DNA of 19,163 nt from Candidatus Nanohaloarchaea archaeon (lineage in GTDB: Archaea > Nanohalarchaeota > Nanosalinia > Nanosalinales > Nanosalinaceae), in assembly GCA_042218075.1 (NCBI GenBank), contig JBDGRK010000002.1, positions 1-19,163 on the forward strand, given 5' to 3'. The number at the start of each line of letters is the position of its first letter. Positions within the stretch are counted from its first letter, which is position 1. Below the pieces are notes generated by a model. The model was not told the DNA's origin. It worked only from the letters and a program-made list of their open reading frames with translations, and searched no databases. Below are positions 1 to 7,259 of this stretch, piece by piece. A program made the position numbers and the translations under genes.

Positions 1-2
1 CA

Positions 3-1634
3 AGCGAGGATGTAGCCCGTTTCAAGAACGGCGGGAGTGTTGAAATCCCGAACGGCAACCTGAGGGTTGACAAAGCAGTCGAGTTGAGTGATATGGGATT
101 CGGTAATTCCTGGGGAGGTATCAAGAACAAGGATGTGGCGGATTCTGACTACGCCCTCCTCCAGAAGGATAATGGACAGACGCTGATTAATACAGATGGA
201 GGTAATTTCATCAAATTCAAGGAGGATGACAGTACAGTTCGGATGAGTTTAGACGCAAACAATAATGTTGAAATCCCGAACGGCAACCTTGACATGAGTG
301 GGAACGATTTGAAGAATGTCGATGATGTCAAGAACTTTACCGCTACAAACATGTTCAGGAACGGGGATATAGAGGATTCTCATACCTCTAATTTTGGAGG
401 TGATGCCTATAGAACCAGCAATGAAGCCTATAAGGGAACATATTCTATGGTCGGCGGAGATTCAGATTTCGGTCAATACGTTGGTGCTTGGATTGTGAGA
501 GACCATACAACTGGGGAATTCAAAGAGAACGAGTCTTACACGCTATACTATTACGCTAAGAATACTGATGACAATGAAAGAACTTATGGATTTGCAGGGT
601 GCGGTGGCATGGCGGTACATACTATACCAGCCAACTCTGGCTGGCAACTCTATAGGGAGACGTTCCAGATTCCTGAAAACTGTGGTTATCCGTCAGCAGG
701 AAAAGGAGAGACTAGGTTCCAGGTGAGAGATTCCCACACATGGAATGGAAAGGTTTACTTTGACAATATTGTTTTGGTGAAAGGGGAAACAAAACAGGAT
801 GAATTCCTGCCACACCCTCAGGACCCTATAGATAATGGGGCAAGTCTTGACTTAAGCGAGTCCGAACTACAGAACGTGGACGGTATCCAGGATGGGAGTG
901 GTACGAACACAATCCATTTCGACGGCAGTAATAATGTTGACATCCCGAACGGCAACCTTAAGGTTGCAGGTAGTGCTGGGACTTCCTCAACTACGTCAGG
1001 GCTGACGATTGATGGTCAGCGGAATGTAGAGTTTCTGACCAGTGGATCCAGGGATTTCCGCCTGTACAACCATGGGGGAAGGATTACATTTGAAGACAGT
1101 GATGAGGAGTTGCTGGATATAAATGAGAACGGCCCTGTTGAAATCCCGAACGGCAACCTTAATCTTGGGTCGTTCCCGCAGCCGGGCAGTGATTCCATGT
1201 GCTGGGACGGCTCCGGGGCTTCGAACATCGGGGACTGCTCCTCTCTGCGCAAGTACAAGAATAACATCACCGACCTCGGCCTCGGTCTGGAGACGGTGAA
1301 CGCGATGCAGCCGCGGCGCTTCGTATGGGATAAGAACATGAGCGGTGAGGAGGACATCGGGTTTGTGGCGGAAGAAGTCGAAAACGTCAACCCGATCATC
1401 GCGGATTACAACGGTGACAACCTGAGCGGTGTCAAGTACCGGCAGTACACCGCCGTCCTCACCAACGCGGTGCAGACACTCGACGACAGAAACGAAGAAC
1501 TGAAACAGGAGAACAAGGAGCAAGAGGAAAGAATAAGTGAGCTGGAATCGGAGATGGAAGAGCTGGAGAGGGAAAACGAGAAGATGAAGGAAGTGCTGTG
1601 TGAGATGAAGCCGGGAGCCGAGTTCTGCGGTTGA
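3..1634 (+). CDS. 5'-truncated modular fibre/adhesin-like protein with a CBM4/9-like domain, C-terminal peptidase S74 (intramolecular chaperone) domain and coiled coil
   Basis: The frame is open from nt 3 (SEDVARFKNGGSVEIPNGNL...), so the true start lies upstream of the window and 84 is not the start. The S74-type signature SSLRKYKNNI..L..V..MQP..F.W....DIGFVAEEV..V.P..........GVKY..Y...L..AVQ lies at about 1239-1480, followed by a heptad coiled coil. The segment NMFRNGDIE...YTLYYYAK...GWQLYRETF...VYFDNIVLVKG (about 348-785) resembles CBM4/9 jelly-roll domains. Confidence 0.85.
   Translation, partial: SEDVARFKNGGSVEIPNGNLRVDKAVELSDMGFGNSWGGIKNKDVADSDYALLQKDNGQTLINTDGGNFIKFKEDDSTVRMSLDANNNVEIPNGNLDMSGNDLKNVDDVKNFTATNMFRNGDIEDSHTSNFGGDAYRTSNEAYKGTYSMVGGDSDFGQYVGAWIVRDHTTGEFKENESYTLYYYAKNTDDNERTYGFAGCGGMAVHTIPANSGWQLYRETFQIPENCGYPSAGKGETRFQVRDSHTWNGKVYFDNIVLVKGETKQDEFLPHPQDPIDNGASLDLSESELQNVDGIQDGSGTNTIHFDGSNNVDIPNGNLKVAGSAGTSSTTSGLTIDGQRNVEFLTSGSRDFRLYNHGGRITFEDSDEELLDINENGPVEIPNGNLNLGSFPQPGSDSMCWDGSGASNIGDCSSLRKYKNNITDLGLGLETVNAMQPRRFVWDKNMSGEEDIGFVAEEVENVNPIIADYNGDNLSGVKYRQYTAVLTNAVQTLDDRNEELKQENKEQEERISELESEMEELERENEKMKEVLCEMKPGAEFCG
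38..61 (+). repeat. In-frame 24-nt module-junction repeat, copy 1 (TGTTGAAATCCCGAACGGCAACCT; VEIPNGNL)
   Basis: Identical to 266-289 and 1136-1159; one mismatch to 935-958. Confidence 0.95.
266..289 (+). repeat. In-frame 24-nt module-junction repeat, copy 2
   Basis: TGTTGAAATCCCGAACGGCAACCT read directly. Confidence 0.95.
935..958 (+). repeat. In-frame 24-nt module-junction repeat, copy 3 (one mismatch; VDIPNGNL)
   Basis: TGTTGACATCCCGAACGGCAACCT read directly; it also shares the upstream AATAA with copy 2. Confidence 0.95.
1136..1159 (+). repeat. In-frame 24-nt module-junction repeat, copy 4 (precedes the S74 module)
   Basis: TGTTGAAATCCCGAACGGCAACCT read directly. Confidence 0.95.
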
Positions 1635-2077
1635 GGTTTACCGTATTGACATAAAACCAGCGATGACAGAACCAAAGACCATCGCGAAAATGCAGACCGC
1701 ATGTTGAGAGGATTAAAAACCGAGTTTATACTTCCTGTCCAAGATCCACCTGATTTCCTTCGATTCCGGGACGAGTCCAGAACCTATCTAGGCCGAGATC
1801 CCTCCACCTCAAGCCGGATAAGAACCATTTCCAGGAACTAGAAGATAGAAAATCAAGCGAATCCGGAACAGCGTTTCTTCATATGACGCCGTCAACTTCT
1901 ACTCGTGCCAGGACCGCCTGACGTTTGACACGTCAAAACCACGTGATTTCCAGGAGATTTGGAAGAGAGATGATCGAGTCGCTCCGGGCTTTTGATTTTA
2001 TCTTTGGCAGGATGTCGTTTGCGTGTATAATCCATGGAAAGCGGATGGAGGTAACATAGGAGAGGAGTAACAGGGTT

Positions 2078-3412
2078 TTAGAGTAGGTCCTCTACATTTT
2101 TGAGTTCTGTGTCTTGTTGCTTGAGTTGTTCTGTGAACCCGTTTCTTGAGAATATGATGTATTCGGTTTTCCTCTGGCTGTTTTTCCATTCCACTTTTTC
2201 TGACTTTTCCCGGAGTTTTTCCAGAGTCTTTCTTCCTGCTGGCTGTGAGGTCCATTTGCATTCTCCGAGCAGTAGCCTGTTCTGTCTATGGTTCACTGCT
2301 GCAACATCGATTTCGTTTTCCTGGTACCACCATGATCCAACTTTCTCGTATTCTTTTGTCTGTCTTACATGGCTCCGGCAGATGTCTTCGAACGGCCTTG
2401 ATACGTACCGGTCTAGCTCGGGTTTGATCTTGTTTTGGAGCACGTTTTCGGTGTTCTGTTCTAGCTCTGTCCGGTTGGGGAAGATGTATCGGAACCAGAA
2501 TCTGAAGTAGTTGTCTTTGATCCGGTATCTTCCTCTTTTGCTCTTTTCTGAGGCGGTCACAGGCAGTCTTTTCTGGATTATATGGAGGTTCTGAAGTGTT
2601 TTCAGGTATTTGCTTACGCTGTTCTGAGGTATGCCTGTTTCGTTTTTGATCTCGTTAAACTTTGTTTTACCTCTTGCTACTGCTTTAAGTATTGAGAAGT
2701 AATTTTTAGGTTCTCTCAGTTCTTGCTGGAGCAGTCCTTCTGCTTCCTCCCTCAGCACCGACCCTTTTTTCAGTATGTGCTGGTGTATGTTCTCGGGTAG
2801 CCTGATTTCCGGGTTGAACTGTTCAAGGTAGTAAGGTGTGCCTCCCAGGATTGCGTAGGTTCTTATTATGTCTTCCTTGCTGTAATCTGGTAGGAACGGA
2901 GATATCTGGTTGTATTCAAAGGGTTTCAGGTGCCACTGTCCTGTTCTCCTACCGTATAGAGGGCTTTCGTATCCCAGGACTTTTGATTCCATCATGCTGA
3001 TAGATGAGCCTGTAAGCACCATGTTTGTGTCTTTCTGTTTCATTTCCTCATCCCATGTTTTCTGGAGTATTTTCAGTATTTCCTCGTCCGTTTCTATCAG
3101 GTACGGGAATTCATCGATCACTACAGTTTTGCAGTTTTCTGCCGTGAACCGGAGAACGGGTTCCCAGTCATTTCTGATATCCTCTATACCAGGGTATTTC
3201 TGGCCTATGCTCTGTTTGAATTCCTGTATCTGGTCTTTTTCAGATTCTCTGGAAACAAGGTGGTATATTCCCTTTGTTTCCTGGAGAACCTTTTTCATCA
3301 GCCTTGATTTACCTACTCTTCTACGGCCGTAAAGTGCTATAAACTCTGCTTGATCGGAGCCCAGCTTTTCTCTAAAGAATTTTAGCTCTTCTTTTCTATT
3401 ATGGAACTTCAT
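2078..3412 (-). CDS. Archaeal AAA-type ATPase (ATPase_2 + wHTH + DUF234 PD-(D/E)XK-like C-terminus)
   Basis: N-terminal FHNRKEEL, Walker A YGRRRVGKS, Walker B VVIDEFPYL, LTGSS, SPLYGR, GGTPYYL, DNYFRFWFRYI, and the C-terminal WW...EIDVAAV...LGECKW. Confidence 0.93.
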   Translation of the reverse strand: MKFHNRKEELKFFREKLGSDQAEFIALYGRRRVGKSRLMKKVLQETKGIYHLVSRESEKDQIQEFKQSIGQKYPGIEDIRNDWEPVLRFTAENCKTVVIDEFPYLIETDEEILKILQKTWDEEMKQKDTNMVLTGSSISMMESKVLGYESPLYGRRTGQWHLKPFEYNQISPFLPDYSKEDIIRTYAILGGTPYYLEQFNPEIRLPENIHQHILKKGSVLREEAEGLLQQELREPKNYFSILKAVARGKTKFNEIKNETGIPQNSVSKYLKTLQNLHIIQKRLPVTASEKSKRGRYRIKDNYFRFWFRYIFPNRTELEQNTENVLQNKIKPELDRYVSRPFEDICRSHVRQTKEYEKVGSWWYQENEIDVAAVNHRQNRLLLGECKWTSQPAGRKTLEKLREKSEKVEWKNSQRKTEYIIFSRNGFTEQLKQQDTELKNVEDLL

Positions 3413-3432
3413 ACTTTGAGTTTAACAGCCGG

Positions 3433-3465
3433 ATTTAAAATGATACTTGTAAGTATGATACTTGT
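3433..3465 (-). promoter_or_regulatory. TATA-like box (TTTTAAAT) plus two 15-nt-period direct repeats (ATGATACTTGT) upstream of ATPase 1
   Basis: ATGATACTTGT occurs at 3440-3450 and 3455-3465, and the pair contains the dyad ATACTT-GT-AAGTAT. The TATA-like box is about 21-29 nt upstream of the ATG at 3412. Confidence 0.6.
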
Positions 3466-3526
3466 GAGAATTATATTTCCTTATGCCTGATGATCTTACA
3501 GAGAGTTGGTAAAAGCATTCGATAGA

Positions 3527-3619
3527 GCCATTATTGCCGCTCAGCACGAGGTCATGAGGGGCCAGCAGCAGGAGATTGATGATTTGAAGGAGAGGGTCAG
3601 GAAACTTGAGAATAACTGA
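3527..3619 (+). pseudogene. Remnant B: orphan 3' end of a probable S74/fibre-type gene (AIIAAQHEVMRGQQQEIDDLKERVRKLENN*)
   Basis: Resembles the QQ.EI..LK.R...LE coiled coil that typically ends S74 domains. There is no intact 5' part. 3555-3610 is repeated at 4371-4426. Confidence 0.6.
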
Positions 3620-3671
3620 AGTTTTTGATCATGACATTATTGATTTAACTTCTGTCACACAAACCGGTGTC

Positions 3672-4034
3672 ATGATGGAGGATGGAAATGAGTGGCTGGA
3701 AAGGGCTGAAAGTGATTTTGATGATGCAACCTATAATCTGGATGATGATAGGTATGCTCCTGGTTTGTTCTTTCTCCAGCAGGCGGCTGAAAAAGCCTTG
3801 AAAGCTGTCGTGGTGGGTAGTGGTGAAGAGCCGAGTTACACTCACAACCTTCTCAGGCTGGCAGAGGAGGCCGGTCTTCCGGATGAAAAGACGAATTATT
3901 TCGCCGAGTTGAATAATCTTTACACTGGAGTAAGGTATCCGGGCAAAGAGTTTGGAGATGTGGAAAATATTGGTGATATGAGAAAATCCGTCAGGGAGGT
4001 GTTAGAATGGACGAGAAAACAGTTGAAAAAGTAG
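3672..4034 (+). CDS. HEPN domain protein (HEPN-MNT pair 1)
   Basis: WLERAESDF..A...........FFLQQAAEKALKA......THNLLRL....L...Y...RYP. ATG 3672 is preferred over 3606 because a TATA-like TTTAAC lies at about 3644-3649 and 3606 falls within remnant B. Confidence 0.9.
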   Translation: MMEDGNEWLERAESDFDDATYNLDDDRYAPGLFFLQQAAEKALKAVVVGSGEEPSYTHNLLRLAEEAGLPDEKTNYFAELNNLYTGVRYPGKEFGDVENIGDMRKSVREVLEWTRKQLKK

Positions 4035-4333
4035 GAGAAACAATAAGATCTATTGCTGAAGATGAAGCTATTAAAATTGATGAACTGATGATATTCGGCT
4101 CACGTGCCAGAAACGATTACACAGAGGATAGCGATGTGGATGTTGTTCTGGTCTCAGAAGATTTCAGGAATGTAAAGTGGTACGAGAGAGGTATGAAATT
4201 CCAGAGAGACTGGGATTATGGAAATTTACCTGATCCGGAAATAATCTGCCTGACTCCAGAAGAGTTCGATGAAAGAAGAAAGAAACTTGGGGATATTGTC
4301 AAGAGAGCAGTACAGGAAGGCATAGAGATATAG
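4007..4333 (+). CDS. Minimal nucleotidyltransferase (MNT) of pair 1
   Basis: IFGSRARNDYTEDSDVDVVLVS matches GSX10DXD; the gene overlaps the HEPN 3' end. Confidence 0.92.
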   Translation: MDEKTVEKVGETIRSIAEDEAIKIDELMIFGSRARNDYTEDSDVDVVLVSEDFRNVKWYERGMKFQRDWDYGNLPDPEIICLTPEEFDERRKKLGDIVKRAVQEGIEI

Positions 4334-4370
4334 GTTTTAATCAGTTATCCGTTTAAATTGGATTAGGTCT

Positions 4371-4426
4371 TGAGGGACCAGCAGCAGGAGATTGATGATT
4401 TGAAGGAGAGGGTCAGAAAATTGGAG
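4371..4426 (+). repeat. Remnant B': direct repeat of 3555-3610 (RDQQQEIDDLKERVRKLE)
   Basis: 45/46 identity for 3555-3600 versus 4371-4416, and 52/56 over the full length. Confidence 0.92.
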
Positions 4427-4602
4427 GAGATCGAAGAGTTTGAACAGAAACATGCCATGAGCTTCGAAGAATTCAAAGAAAAATGGGAGAACGGTGAAAT
4501 AGAGGGAAAGTATTCCTACGATGTCGAAAGCGATTTCTGGGAGTGGGGGGTCTGGTTACCCGGAAGCAGAGGATTCAGGAAGGGCTTGAGAAGATTGGCT
4601 GA
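4427..4602 (+). pseudogene. 5'-truncated, frameshifted small antitoxin-like gene (...FEQKHAMSFEEFKEKWENGEI..YSYDVESDFWEW/EGLVTRKQRIQEGLEKIG*)
   Basis: Resembles archaeal small proteins with the KYGMSFEEF...D..EWE pattern. Adding one base in the G6 run at 4545-4550 gives a stop at 4600-4602, just before the next ATG at 4608. The N-terminus is replaced by remnant B'. Confidence 0.5.
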
Positions 4603-4607
4603 TATTT

Positions 4608-4787
4608 ATGGATGCTGAGGATTTTGCTTCCAGGATAATTGATCTGGCGGCTGAATATGATTTTATCGAAGATTACAGTATTGATATAAGGGAAGAGGTC
4701 GTTCTGGATTCCAGAATTGATCTGGAGCAGGGTTCTGCGGTTGAGGTTCATTCCAAGACCGTGCGTGGTATACTTATCCAGTCATGA
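4608..4787 (+). pseudogene. 3'-truncated partner gene, possibly a DUF6516-like toxin N-terminus (MDAEDFASRIIDLAAEYDFIEDYSIDIREEVVLDSRIDLEQG...)
   Basis: A 59-aa ORF, below the ORF-track cutoff, interrupted at about 4732 by remnant A'. The family guess rests on recalled resemblance only. Confidence 0.4.
4732..4748 (+). repeat. Remnant A': 17-nt exact copy of the fibre gene stop region (GTTCTGCGGTTGAGGTT)
   Basis: Identical to 1622-1638; the 13-nt core also occurs at 6406-6418. Confidence 0.85.
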
Positions 4788-4803
4788 AGATAACATTATT
4801 CAA

Positions 4804-4844
4804 ACTATGTTAGTTGAGACTATGTTAGCTAAAACTATTTAAGT
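4804..4844 (+). promoter_or_regulatory. Three 15-nt-period direct repeats (ACTATGTTAG x2, ACTATTTAAG) overlapping the TATA-like box of ATPase 2
   Basis: Copies start at 4804, 4819 and 4834. TATTTAAGT at 4836-4844 is 22-30 nt upstream of the ATG at 4866. Confidence 0.65.
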
Positions 4845-4865
4845 GTGGATGTTTTCAATTCAAGT

Positions 4866-6245
4866 ATGGAAAAGTTTGTGGACAGGGATGAAGAGCTTGA
4901 CAGGCTCAGAGCCCTATTTGACTCGGATAAGGCCGAGCTGGCGGTCATCTACGGTAGAAGACGGATAGGAAAGACAGGCCTGGTAACCGAGGCAGTAGAG
5001 GAAAGGGATAACACGGTCTACTACCAGGCCATCGAAACCACGAAGAAAGACCAGATAGAAAGCTTCATAGCTTCAGCCGGAGACAGTTTTCCAGAAGTTG
5101 AAAACTTGAAGCAGGAATGGGAGCCAATCCTGAAACATCTCATAAAGGAAGATGCTACCATCATACTTGACGAATTCCCCTATCTAGTGGATTCAGATGA
5201 AAGTCTACCTTCTAAACTACAGAGGATATGGGATCACGAGACAGATGACTCAAAAGCAAAACTAGTCCTAACAGGTTCTTCGATTGGAATGATGTATGAT
5301 ATCGCATTAGAAGGAGGATCCCCACTCTACGGCAGGGTTTCACAGAACCCGAACGGAGAGTTTTCAATCAGCCAGCTCCCTTTCACAGCTGCAACAGAGT
5401 TCTTCCAGGACTACAGCTATGAGGAAAAGGTGCTGGCGTTCAGTATTTTCGGGGGAACACCCCACTATCTCAACGCAATCAAACCGGAGAAAAGCATAGC
5501 GGAAAACGTCCAGGAAACCATTATCTCCCAGAGCGGAGGTCTCCATAACGAACCGGAGACAGTTCTCCGAATGGAACTGGAAGAGGTAAACCGGTACTTC
5601 GCCACGCTGAAATCCCTGGCCAGGGGAAACCGGTCTAGAAATGAAATCATAAACGAAACAGGTATAGACCAGTCCAGCGCAGGTTACTACCTTGACAGGC
5701 TCGAAAAACTGCACATCATACAGAAAGACCACCCGGTAACAGAAGACCCGCGGAAATCGAGGAAAACACGTTACCGGATAAGAGACCAGTTCTTCAGGTT
5801 CTGGTTCAGATTCGTATACGGCCAGACCACAAGATACAACCTCTACGGAGAAAAAGCCTACCAAGAGTTTATAGAGCCCGAGTTAGCAGATTTCTCGAGC
5901 GATAGTTTTGAAGAGCTATGCCATAAAGCCTCGTTAAAACTTCACCCTGACCTCAAATTCAGGAAGATAGGCCGATGGTGGAGAAAGGAGAGGGAAATAG
6001 ATGTTGTTGGATTAACCGACTCAGATGAAATACTTGTAGGAGAAGCCAAATTCACATCCTCTCCACTAGGTTACGACACTCTCTCCAGGCTGGAAGAAGA
6101 CGCAGAACACCTTAACATCGAAAAAGAAAAACGATACGCACTTTTCTCCAGAAACGGCTTCAAGGAATCAGTGAAAGAAGCCGATAATGAAAGAGAAAAC
6201 CTGTATCTCCACAACCTGGAAGAGATACTTGATTCAATGTCTTGA
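4866..6245 (+). CDS. Archaeal AAA-type ATPase (ATPase_2 + wHTH + DUF234), paralogue 2
   Basis: MEKFVDRDEEL, YGRRRIGKT, IILDEFPYL, LTGSS, SPLYGR, GGTPHYL, DQFFRFWFRFV and WW...EIDVVGL...VGEAKF. ATG 4866 is preferred over GTG 4845. Confidence 0.93.
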   Translation: MEKFVDRDEELDRLRALFDSDKAELAVIYGRRRIGKTGLVTEAVEERDNTVYYQAIETTKKDQIESFIASAGDSFPEVENLKQEWEPILKHLIKEDATIILDEFPYLVDSDESLPSKLQRIWDHETDDSKAKLVLTGSSIGMMYDIALEGGSPLYGRVSQNPNGEFSISQLPFTAATEFFQDYSYEEKVLAFSIFGGTPHYLNAIKPEKSIAENVQETIISQSGGLHNEPETVLRMELEEVNRYFATLKSLARGNRSRNEIINETGIDQSSAGYYLDRLEKLHIIQKDHPVTEDPRKSRKTRYRIRDQFFRFWFRFVYGQTTRYNLYGEKAYQEFIEPELADFSSDSFEELCHKASLKLHPDLKFRKIGRWWRKEREIDVVGLTDSDEILVGEAKFTSSPLGYDTLSRLEEDAEHLNIEKEKRYALFSRNGFKESVKEADNERENLYLHNLEEILDSMS

Positions 6246-6246
6246 A

Positions 6247-6418
6247 TGCGGCGCGAAAACACCGAACAATCAGAACGGATCGAAAAGCTGGAAGAAGAGA
6301 ACGAGCGGTTTAAAAAAAGTGCTGCACACCGTCGCTCTCCGAGGACGGTATTCGAGCACCGACCAAGCTGGTCGGTGCGCTCTGCGAGATGAAGCCGGAA
6401 GCAGAGTTCTGCGGTTGA
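6247..6418 (+). pseudogene. Remnant A'': degenerate copy of the fibre gene 3' end, interrupted by a 55-nt double-hairpin insert
   Basis: Reads RRENTEQSERIEKLEEENERF/KKVL...LCEMKPEAEFCG*, compared with KQENKEQEERISELE...ERENEKMKEVLCEMKPGAEFCG* in the intact gene. The frameshift is around the A7 run at about 6312-6318. Confidence 0.88.
6325..6379. repeat. Small palindromic (REP/MITE-like) insert with two hairpins
   Basis: ACCGTC(G)CTC-TCC-GAG-GACGGT at 6328-6349, and the perfect 10-bp stem GCACCGACCA-AGC-TGGTCGGTGC at 6356-6378. Confidence 0.6.
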
Positions 6419-6464
6419 AGAAGTCGGGAAAACTGATTTATTATTAGGCTGATCGTTGTTTTTT

Positions 6465-6824
6465 ATGTCGGATTCTGATCTGTGGCTTGAAAAAGCGGAA
6501 GATGATCTTGATGCGGCAGGATACATGAGAGAGGGAGGTATGTTCTCTCAAGCTGCTTTCCTATACCAGCAGGCTGCGGAGAAAGTTTTGAAGGCGGTAC
6601 TTGTTGAAAAAGGAGAGGGTCTTTTCCAGAGCCATGACTGTTTTATACTGGCTAAGAAGGCGGGAGCTTCGGAAGAAGTTAAGGAGGCCGGGAACAGTAT
6701 CTCGCCTTATTACTTCAGGACTCGTTATCCTGATGCTGACCTGGTTGACCTGGAAAAATCAGAGATTGATAGTGTAGCTTCTTCTGCGGAGGCGATCTTT
6801 GAATGGGCCAGAGAGAGACTTTAG
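6465..6824 (+). CDS. HEPN domain protein (HEPN-MNT pair 2)
   Basis: WLEKAEDDLDAA.......AAFLYQQAAEKVLKA......SHDC..L.....YFRTRYPD. ATG 6465 has a TATA-like TTTATTA about 25 nt upstream. Confidence 0.9.
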   Translation: MSDSDLWLEKAEDDLDAAGYMREGGMFSQAAFLYQQAAEKVLKAVLVEKGEGLFQSHDCFILAKKAGASEEVKEAGNSISPYYFRTRYPDADLVDLEKSEIDSVASSAEAIFEWARERL

Positions 6825-7114
6825 AAAAGATAAAGCAAAAACTGGAGGGAAAAATCGTCATAGATGAAATTTATCTTTTCGGTTCCAGAGCAAAAGGCAC
6901 ATATAATCGTAGCTCAGACCTTGATATCGCGATTGTTTCGGAAAGCTTTAGAGACATGAGCAAAACAGAGAGGTATCACTACGTTATAAATGAAGTAAGA
7001 GAGGTAACGGGTGATACTCCTGTTGATGTCCTCTGTTATACTTCGAGTGAGTTTGAAAGAGGCAGTGATTCTTTCCTTCCTTCGATTATTCAGGACGAAG
7101 GTATCTCAGTATAG
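6803..7114 (+). CDS. Minimal nucleotidyltransferase (MNT) of pair 2
   Basis: YLFGSRAKGTYNRSSDLDIAIVSESF...PVDVLCYT..EF; the gene overlaps the HEPN 3' end. Confidence 0.92.
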   Translation: MGQRETLEKIKQKLEGKIVIDEIYLFGSRAKGTYNRSSDLDIAIVSESFRDMSKTERYHYVINEVREVTGDTPVDVLCYTSSEFERGSDSFLPSIIQDEGISV

Positions 7115-7259
7115 TTGAGGATTCCGTTTATGACTCTACGACAGATTCTGTATCTGAACCTTGAAGGCCGTCTGTGAGGTAGAACTCTGCCTCCTGTTTG
7201 GTGGTGTCTCCTTCATCGATTCTTGAGGACTGGGATGTTTCTGCTTGAGACTCTTTATA

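Noticed and set aside
38-1159. CRISPR array (repeat begins GTTGAAAT and has weak dyad symmetry)
   Set aside because: Spacers are 177-645 nt and irregular, everything is in one open reading frame, and no cas genes or leader are visible.
3-1634. Provirus tail fibre marking an integrated virus
   Set aside because: No capsid, terminase, portal or integrase gene is in the window, and S74 domains also occur in cellular surface proteins. It cannot be excluded upstream.
1635-2077. Gene fragments and a small hairpin (TGACGT-TTGAC-ACGTCA, about 1919-1935) in the intergenic region
   Set aside because: Only short, unrecognisable frames; probably decayed cargo, but I cannot assign it. A 6-bp stem is not significant alone.
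4370-4618. 82-aa ORF as an intact gene
   Set aside because: It is a chimera of repeat B' and a frameshifted fragment, with a TTG start at the repeat edge.
6187-6447. 86-aa ORF between ATPase 2 and HEPN 2
   Set aside because: It is a mostly off-frame read-through of remnant A'' and the hairpin insert.
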